NCBI GenBank assembly: GCA_002839855.1
Contig: PGYV01000009.1
Location: forward strand, 7,220 to 71,219
Direction: 5' to 3'
Source: Candidatus Goldiibacteriota bacterium HGW-Goldbacteria-1
GTDB taxonomy: Bacteria; Oederibacteriota; PGYV01
Length of the DNA: 64,000 nucleotides
The notes beneath the pieces are model-generated. The model was not told the DNA's origin. It saw only the letters and a list, made by a program, of their open reading frames with translations, and did no database searches. This document shows, one piece after another, positions 58,673 to 64,000 of the stretch (within the stretch, counting starts at the first letter, position 1; each line of letters opens with the position of its first letter). Made by a program: the position numbers and the translations under genes.

Positions 58673-59806
58673 TTAAAAAAATAAAGCAATTACCGTGTTA
58701 GAAACCATCATGCCTTTTCTTGTAAGCGCTATAACTTCCGGGTTATCTGTCAAAAGCCCGCCTTTAAGGGGCCTTTCAATGATTTTACCAAACCGCCCGT
58801 CAAAATCATAACCAAATCTTTCCTTAAAATCCGTTTTATTTATCCCCGCCACTGTCCTTAATTTAAGCATTATAAATTCTTTAAGTTCCATGTCAGGCGT
58901 TATTTTTTCGCTTGTCTCTGCGGGGTCTTCATTCTTTTTTAACCGCTTTATGTACTCTTCTATGTTTTTTACATTTACATACCTTAACCCGTCAAAATAA
59001 GAAGCTGCGGCAGTGCCGATGCCTATATATTTTCCGGAATCCCAGTAATTCAGATTATGAAGACACTCTTTGCCGTCTTTGCAGAAATTGGCAATTTCAT
59101 ACTGCCTGTAATCATTACCTTCCAGAAAACCCGCGCCTGTTATGAACATATCGGTTATGTCATCGTCAGACGGCAGTTTTAACGCGCCGCTTTCAATCAA
59201 TTTTCCTGTGGGCGTTTCGGGATACGGCGTGAACATATAAAAAGAAATATGCTCCGCGCCTATGGATGACGCCTCTTCAATATCGGATATAACCATTGAT
59301 ACATTCTGCCCGGGAATACCGTACATAAGATCAAGGTTGATATTAGTGATATTATTTTCCCGCAGTAAGGTAAAAGCTTCTTTTATCTTTTCTGCGTTAT
59401 GCACGCGGCCAAGAGTTTTCAGGATATTATCATCAAAACTCTGCGCGCCCATGCTTACCCTGTTTACGTTTGCCGCAAGCACCTTCGCGGTTTTGTCGGT
59501 TATTGTTTCCGGGTTTGCCTCTATGGTTATTTCCTTAAAGTTCTTTTTTGGATAAAGTGAATATATTCCCGTGAAAAGAGAGTCCAGCTGTTTTTCAGTA
59601 AGGACAGTGGGTGTCCCGCCGCCGATGAAAAGGGTTGAAAATTCAATTTCATATTTGTTCTTATAATATTTTAACTCTTTTATCGCCGCTTCTATATAAT
59701 CGTCAATATAATAAAATTTATCGTCACAGGAATAAAAGTCGCAGTAGCCGCATTTTTGAACGCAGAAAGGAATGTGAATATACAGCCCGGTATTATTGTT
59801 TATCAT
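58673..59806 (-). CDS. hemW: radical SAM heme chaperone HemW
   Basis: YIHIPFCVQKCGYCDF, GGGTPT, HNLNYW. Confidence 0.93.
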   Translation of the reverse strand: MINNNTGLYIHIPFCVQKCGYCDFYSCDDKFYYIDDYIEAAIKELKYYKNKYEIEFSTLFIGGGTPTVLTEKQLDSLFTGIYSLYPKKNFKEITIEANPETITDKTAKVLAANVNRVSMGAQSFDDNILKTLGRVHNAEKIKEAFTLLRENNITNINLDLMYGIPGQNVSMVISDIEEASSIGAEHISFYMFTPYPETPTGKLIESGALKLPSDDDITDMFITGAGFLEGNDYRQYEIANFCKDGKECLHNLNYWDSGKYIGIGTAAASYFDGLRYVNVKNIEEYIKRLKKNEDPAETSEKITPDMELKEFIMLKLRTVAGINKTDFKERFGYDFDGRFGKIIERPLKGGLLTDNPEVIALTRKGMMVSNTVIALFF

Positions 59807-59838
59807 AGTATCCCGCTTTCAGGCTTTTACGCGGCTGA

Positions 59839-60588
59839 TTATTTTACCGCAGCTGCCGGCGCCGCGGCTTCATCCGCTTTTACCGGTTTATCAAGTTTAA
59901 GGTGTTTAATCGCCTTCCACCTTGTGGGCGGCCAGTAAACTATCCACGCCTTGCCCCTGATATTTTTACGGGGTAAAAAGCCCCAGAACCTGCTGTCAGA
60001 TGAATTGTCCCTGTTATCACCCATCATAAAATAACTGTCCGGCGGGACTGTCACAGGCCCAAAGTTATCGCGCGGGGCTATAGAGCCGGGGAAAATTCTC
60101 ATATCCTTATGAAAAGTAAAACTTTCATCCAGTTTTTTTCCGTTTATAAAAAGAACTTTATCTTTCATCTCTATTTTATCCCCCGGCAGCCCCATGCACC
60201 TTTTGATAAACATAAAACGCGGGTCTTCGGGATACCTGAAAATAAGCACATCGCCCCTTTTAGGGTCGGCAAAACGCAGCACAGTATCTTCCTTCCACGG
60301 CAGGTACGTGCCGTAAACAAATTTATTGGCAATGATATGGTCGCCTATTAATAAATTGTCTTCCATGGAAGAGGACGGGATACGAAAAGCCTGGATAAAA
60401 AGCGTGCGGATGATAATGGCTATTATAATGGCTTCAAATGCGGGTTCCACCCAGTCGCGCACCACGTTTTCTTTTGAAAGTTTAAAAACAAAAACTACAA
60501 GTATTTCCCCTATTGTAAGCAGTACAAAAAGCGCCCAAAATATGAATTCTGTGGTTTCTATACCAAAAATTGTAGCACCGGGTGGCAT
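59839..60588 (-). CDS. lepB: signal peptidase I
   Basis: IPSSSM, FIKRC, GDNRDNSSDSR. Confidence 0.96.
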   Translation of the reverse strand: MPPGATIFGIETTEFIFWALFVLLTIGEILVVFVFKLSKENVVRDWVEPAFEAIIIAIIIRTLFIQAFRIPSSSMEDNLLIGDHIIANKFVYGTYLPWKEDTVLRFADPKRGDVLIFRYPEDPRFMFIKRCMGLPGDKIEMKDKVLFINGKKLDESFTFHKDMRIFPGSIAPRDNFGPVTVPPDSYFMMGDNRDNSSDSRFWGFLPRKNIRGKAWIVYWPPTRWKAIKHLKLDKPVKADEAAAPAAAVK

Positions 60589-60662
60589 GTTTTTTCCTCC
60601 ATTAAATTAAAAGATGGTTTAAATTATATGCCAAAAGAGGAAAAAAGCAAGAACTTTAAGGG

Positions 60663-60972
60663 CGGAAGCTGGGCGGCTTGGCAGCTGGGAAGCTGGGAAG
60701 TAACAACACGAGGGACAGATGCACGGAGGGACGAAAGGAATGGCTGTAAAGGCGCGGCTGGGCGGCTAAGCAGCTGGGCAAAGGCGAAAGGCCGGAAGAT
60801 CGGTTTGGATCTGGTAGGCGCACCTTTTAAGGTGCGGCAGTTGATTTAGGTTTAGGTGTAGATGTTTACCAAAATGAAATGAAAAAAACCAACTGCCCCG
60901 GGCTAAAGCCCGCGCCTACCAATACCAAACCATGTTACCCAGTTACCCAGCTGCCTAGCTGCCTAGCCTCCG
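60663..60972. repeat. nested inverted element: octamer-repeat arms enclosing a REP doublet
   Basis: GCTGGGAA/GCTAGGCA-type units at both ends in inverted orientation; REP B 60813-60843 and inverted REP 60890-60920. Confidence 0.75.
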
Positions 60973-60978
60973 TTCCCC

Positions 60979-61007
60979 TTGACACCCTATTTTAAAAGTG
61001 TTATAAA
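60979..61007 (+). promoter_or_regulatory. sigma70 promoter of the inositol-lipid operon
   Basis: TTGACA-17-TATAAA with extended TG. Confidence 0.7.
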
Positions 61008-61043
61008 TCATATGTTTTATATAATTGGAGGGAAATTGTAAAA

Positions 61044-61643
61044 ATGGGATACAAAACAGCCAGAGACGGCCTGAAAAAGTTCTTTGAAAACGCAATGGTG
61101 CCTTTACTTGTACTTTTAAATAAATTGCATATTACACCCAATTTTGTAACATGGGTTGGGCTTATTATTAATTTAGCAGGCGCTTTTCTTATATATAAGG
61201 GGCAATTTGTTGCAGGCGCAATTGTTATCATATTCGCAAGCATTTTTGACATGATAGACGGCTCCCTTGCCAGATATACAAACCAGAAATCAAAATTCGG
61301 CGGGTTTCTTGATTCCGTAACCGACAGGATATCAGAAGGCGCCCTTTACCTGGCTATTCTGATTTATTACCTGAACCTTGAGATACCAAATAAAACCGCG
61401 GTTGTTTTATGTTATGTGGTTATGTTTTCATCATTTCTTGTCAGCTATTTAAGGGCGCGCGCGGGCGGACTTAAAATAGACTGTTCCGGCGGAATCTTTA
61501 CCCGCCCGGAGCGGATGGTGGTTATTTTACTTGGGCTTTTAATTAATCAGGCAGTCCCGGCGCTTTGGATTATGGCAGTATTATCCATAGTAACGGTTAT
61601 TCAGCGGTTTTTGCTTGTCAACGAACAGGCAAAACATATTTAA
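61044..61643 (+). CDS. CDP-alcohol phosphatidyltransferase (phosphatidylinositol-phosphate synthase-like)
   Basis: TPN, DMIDGSLAR...GGFLDSVTD, SYLRARA, RPER. Confidence 0.9.
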   Translation: MGYKTARDGLKKFFENAMVPLLVLLNKLHITPNFVTWVGLIINLAGAFLIYKGQFVAGAIVIIFASIFDMIDGSLARYTNQKSKFGGFLDSVTDRISEGALYLAILIYYLNLEIPNKTAVVLCYVVMFSSFLVSYLRARAGGLKIDCSGGIFTRPERMVVILLGLLINQAVPALWIMAVLSIVTVIQRFLLVNEQAKHI

Positions 61644-61670
61644 ATTCATAGAAATTTCAGGAGGAGAAAG

Positions 61671-62801
61671 ATGGCAAAGATTAGAATGGCAATTGCAGGT
61701 TTAGGCAACTGCGCCTGGTCCCTGATGCAGGGGCTGGAGTTTTACAAGGACGTACAGGACAGCACGTTTATCCCCGGACTTATGAACGCCAACCTTGGGG
61801 GATACAGGGTGCGCGACATTGAACTTGTCGCGGCTTTTGACGTGGACAGCAATAAGGTTGGAAAAGACGTAAAGGACGCGCTGGAAGCCCTGCCTAACAA
61901 CACGATTGAATTCGCTAAAATGAAAAAGACCGGCGTGAAATGCATGAGGGGCCCGACACTGGACGGCCTTGGCAAGTATTACAGGGAAGTTGTAACAGAG
62001 TCAGACGAGATTCCGGTTGACGTGGCAAAAGTATTAAAGGAAAAGAAAGTGGACGTGTTTGTAAGCTACATGCCTGTAGGGTCAGAAGAAGCGGTTCAGT
62101 ATTACGCTTCGTGCGCCCTTGAAGCAAAATGCGCTTTTGTAAATGCCATCCCGGTCTTTATCGCGTCAAAGCCGGAATGGGCGGCAAAGTTTAAAAAAGC
62201 GGGGCTTCCTATTATCGGGGATGACATCAAATCGCAGGTAGGCGCCACGATAGTGCACAGGGTTTTAACCCAGCTTTTTGGAGACAGGGGCGTAAAAATA
62301 CTGCGCACCTATCAGATTAACTTTGGCGGTAACATGGACTTTAAAAACATGCTGGAACGCGAACGCCTGTATTCAAAAAAGATTTCCAAAACCAACGCGG
62401 TTCTGTCCGCGATGCAGAATGACATTGACAGCAAAGAAGACGTTCACGTAGGGCCGTCTGACCACATCCCATGGCTTAAAGACCGCAAATGGTGCCACAT
62501 AAGGATGGAAGGCGAAAACTTTGGAGGTGTCCCTTTAAACCTTGAATTAAAGCTGGAAGTATGGGATTCACCCAACAGCGCCGGCGTTATTATTGACGCG
62601 GTACGCTGCGCCAAGATAGCCCTTGATAAAAAAATAGGCGGAATACTGGAAGGGCCTTCGGCTTACTTTATGAAGACGCCCCCTATCCAGTACGATGACA
62701 ACCTTGCCAAGACAATGGTTCAGAAATTTGTGGACAGCAAACAAACACCTGTTAAAAAATCCGCTAAAAAAGCGGTAAAAAAATCTTCAAAGAAGAAATA
62801 A
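61671..62801 (+). CDS. ino1: myo-inositol-1-phosphate synthase
   Basis: [34 protein letters not shown]. Confidence 0.96.
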   Translation: MAKIRMAIAGLGNCAWSLMQGLEFYKDVQDSTFIPGLMNANLGGYRVRDIELVAAFDVDSNKVGKDVKDALEALPNNTIEFAKMKKTGVKCMRGPTLDGLGKYYREVVTESDEIPVDVAKVLKEKKVDVFVSYMPVGSEEAVQYYASCALEAKCAFVNAIPVFIASKPEWAAKFKKAGLPIIGDDIKSQVGATIVHRVLTQLFGDRGVKILRTYQINFGGNMDFKNMLERERLYSKKISKTNAVLSAMQNDIDSKEDVHVGPSDHIPWLKDRKWCHIRMEGENFGGVPLNLELKLEVWDSPNSAGVIIDAVRCAKIALDKKIGGILEGPSAYFMKTPPIQYDDNLAKTMVQKFVDSKQTPVKKSAKKAVKKSSKKK

Positions 62802-63650
62802 ATGTACCGCCTGCTTAAATTTACAGGCATGCTGTTAAAAAATATCCCGCGTACAGCGGGATATTTTTTTTTCAGCGCCATCTCTCTTATTTTATTTGCA
62901 CTGGACGGCAATAAAAAGAAAATACTTCAAGACAATTTAAAACATGTCCTTAGCAAATTACCTGACAACAGGACGCTTAAAAAAAATTATTACAATTATG
63001 CAAGGTACTATTTTGACCTTTTTAAAAATACGTCTGAACTTTCAAAAAGTTTTAACCGCGAATCTTTTAAACCCATGGCAGATACCGTAAAAAGATACCT
63101 TGATAGCGGCAAAAGCATGATAATTACCACAATGCACTACGGCAACTGGGATTTAGGCGGCGCGATTTTAGCATCGTACTTTCCGGGTAAAGTAACAGCA
63201 GTGGTGGAAGAATTATCAGACGGAGCTTTTAAATGGTTTACCGAAACAAGAAGCAGCTGGGGTATGAATGTTATAAAATCCACGGATTTAAAAGCCATGT
63301 TAAAAGTCTTAAAATCAGGAAACCTTCTTGTACTTGTCTCTGACAGGGATTTGGAAAAAACAGGTTTTAATCCTTTATTTTTTGGCAAAAAAGCGTACAT
63401 CCCTTCCGGGCCCGCGAAACTGTCGCTTTTATCGGGGGCTCCGGTGCTTTTTGCTGTTTTTAAAAGAAATGAAACTGACCTATTTAAATATGAACTTTCC
63501 TGGGATAACACTCTTATAAACAGTGAAAATCTTCCCCGCACCCCGGAAAACGAGGAAAAAATTACTAAAGAACTTGTATCAAAATTTGAAACTGTATTGA
63601 AACAGGATGCGTCACAGTGGTGCATGCTGCAGAAGGTTTGGCTGGAATAG
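62802..63650 (+). CDS. lipid acyltransferase (PatA/HtrB family)
   Basis: HYGNWD (Hx4D), SDRD, FFG...PSGPA, QW. Confidence 0.85.
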   Translation: MYRLLKFTGMLLKNIPRTAGYFFFSAISLILFALDGNKKKILQDNLKHVLSKLPDNRTLKKNYYNYARYYFDLFKNTSELSKSFNRESFKPMADTVKRYLDSGKSMIITTMHYGNWDLGGAILASYFPGKVTAVVEELSDGAFKWFTETRSSWGMNVIKSTDLKAMLKVLKSGNLLVLVSDRDLEKTGFNPLFFGKKAYIPSGPAKLSLLSGAPVLFAVFKRNETDLFKYELSWDNTLINSENLPRTPENEEKITKELVSKFETVLKQDASQWCMLQKVWLE

Positions 63651-63652
63651 TT

Positions 63653-63775
63653 TTGGACGCTTGGATGGTTAGAGGCTTAGAGGCTTGGCTGGAGCGAGCC
63701 TGCGAAGTTAAAATCCCCGGGCTTACGCGGATTATTTGGCTTTGGTAGACGCGGGTCTTTAGCCCGCGGCAGTTG
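63653..63775. repeat. octamer tandem repeat plus REP A
   Basis: TTGGACGC TTGGATGG TTAGAGGC TTAGAGGC; GGTAGACGCGGGTCTTTAGCCCGCGGCAGTTG 63744-63775. Confidence 0.8.
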
Positions 63776-63867
63776 ATTTTTTTGGTGCATTAAAAACAAA
63801 ACCTATACATAAATATTTATTTTATTTATAATAAACCGCTGTTAAAAATATTACAAAAAGAGAATAT

Positions 63868-64000
63868 ATGCCTGATACTTTTAAAAAAATAGCCATAGTG
63901 ACGCCGTATTATTACCCGCTTTACGGCGGCGTACAGGAATACGTCTATCACCTTAAAAAAGAGTATCAAAAACTTGGATATTTTATAAAAGTAATCACTT
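63868..64000 (+). CDS. GT4 glycosyltransferase, PimA-like (partial)
   Basis: MPDTFKKIAIVTPYYYPLYGGVQEYVYHLKKEY; PY...GGVQ N-terminus as in PimA-type GT4. Confidence 0.7.
   Translation, partial: MPDTFKKIAIVTPYYYPLYGGVQEYVYHLKKEYQKLGYFIKVIT

Noticed and set aside
60628..60849. 73-aa ORF rich in W/G/A
   Set aside because: It is a translation of octamer repeats and a REP, with no SD, and overlaps the lepB promoter region.

Overview
Gene-dense bacterial chromosomal window (standard genetic code, AT-rich by eye, mostly minus strand). The host is a diderm (AsmA, outer-membrane phospholipase A, GT9 heptosyltransferase-like). Its lineage cannot be assigned from sequence alone. From left to right it holds: a TetR-controlled GNAT + MFP/ABC efflux operon; tRNA-Ile2(CAT); asmA-capA; a lexA-(degenerate SNase)-recA-four-helix-bundle cluster; an accessory patch (MNT-HEPN toxin-antitoxin pair, nitroreductase, pldA, orphan Phd, ORF6N, DUF3795); aroE/pmbA/rsmE; and a tandemly duplicated TPR-DUF5683 + beta-propeller lipoprotein pair. 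Next come a ~20 kb surface-glycan locus (nonulosonic acid genes, gmd/3-dehydratase/fcl, glycosyl- and methyltransferases), an expanded rpsU-dnaG-rpoD operon, a REP-flanked RelE/HTH toxin-antitoxin module and nadD/proA/hemW/lepB. The right end carries a pgsA-ino1-patA-pimA-like operon resembling actinobacterial phosphatidylinositol-mannoside synthesis. Several GTAG-type REP families and octamer-repeat inverted elements fill intergenic spaces. There is no CRISPR array, rRNA, integrase or transposase. The most notable items are the PIM-like operon, the duplicated module with C-terminal beta-signals, a leaderless lexA with a candidate novel SOS box, and an ATT-initiated lipoprotein. All product calls come from motif recognition, not database searches.
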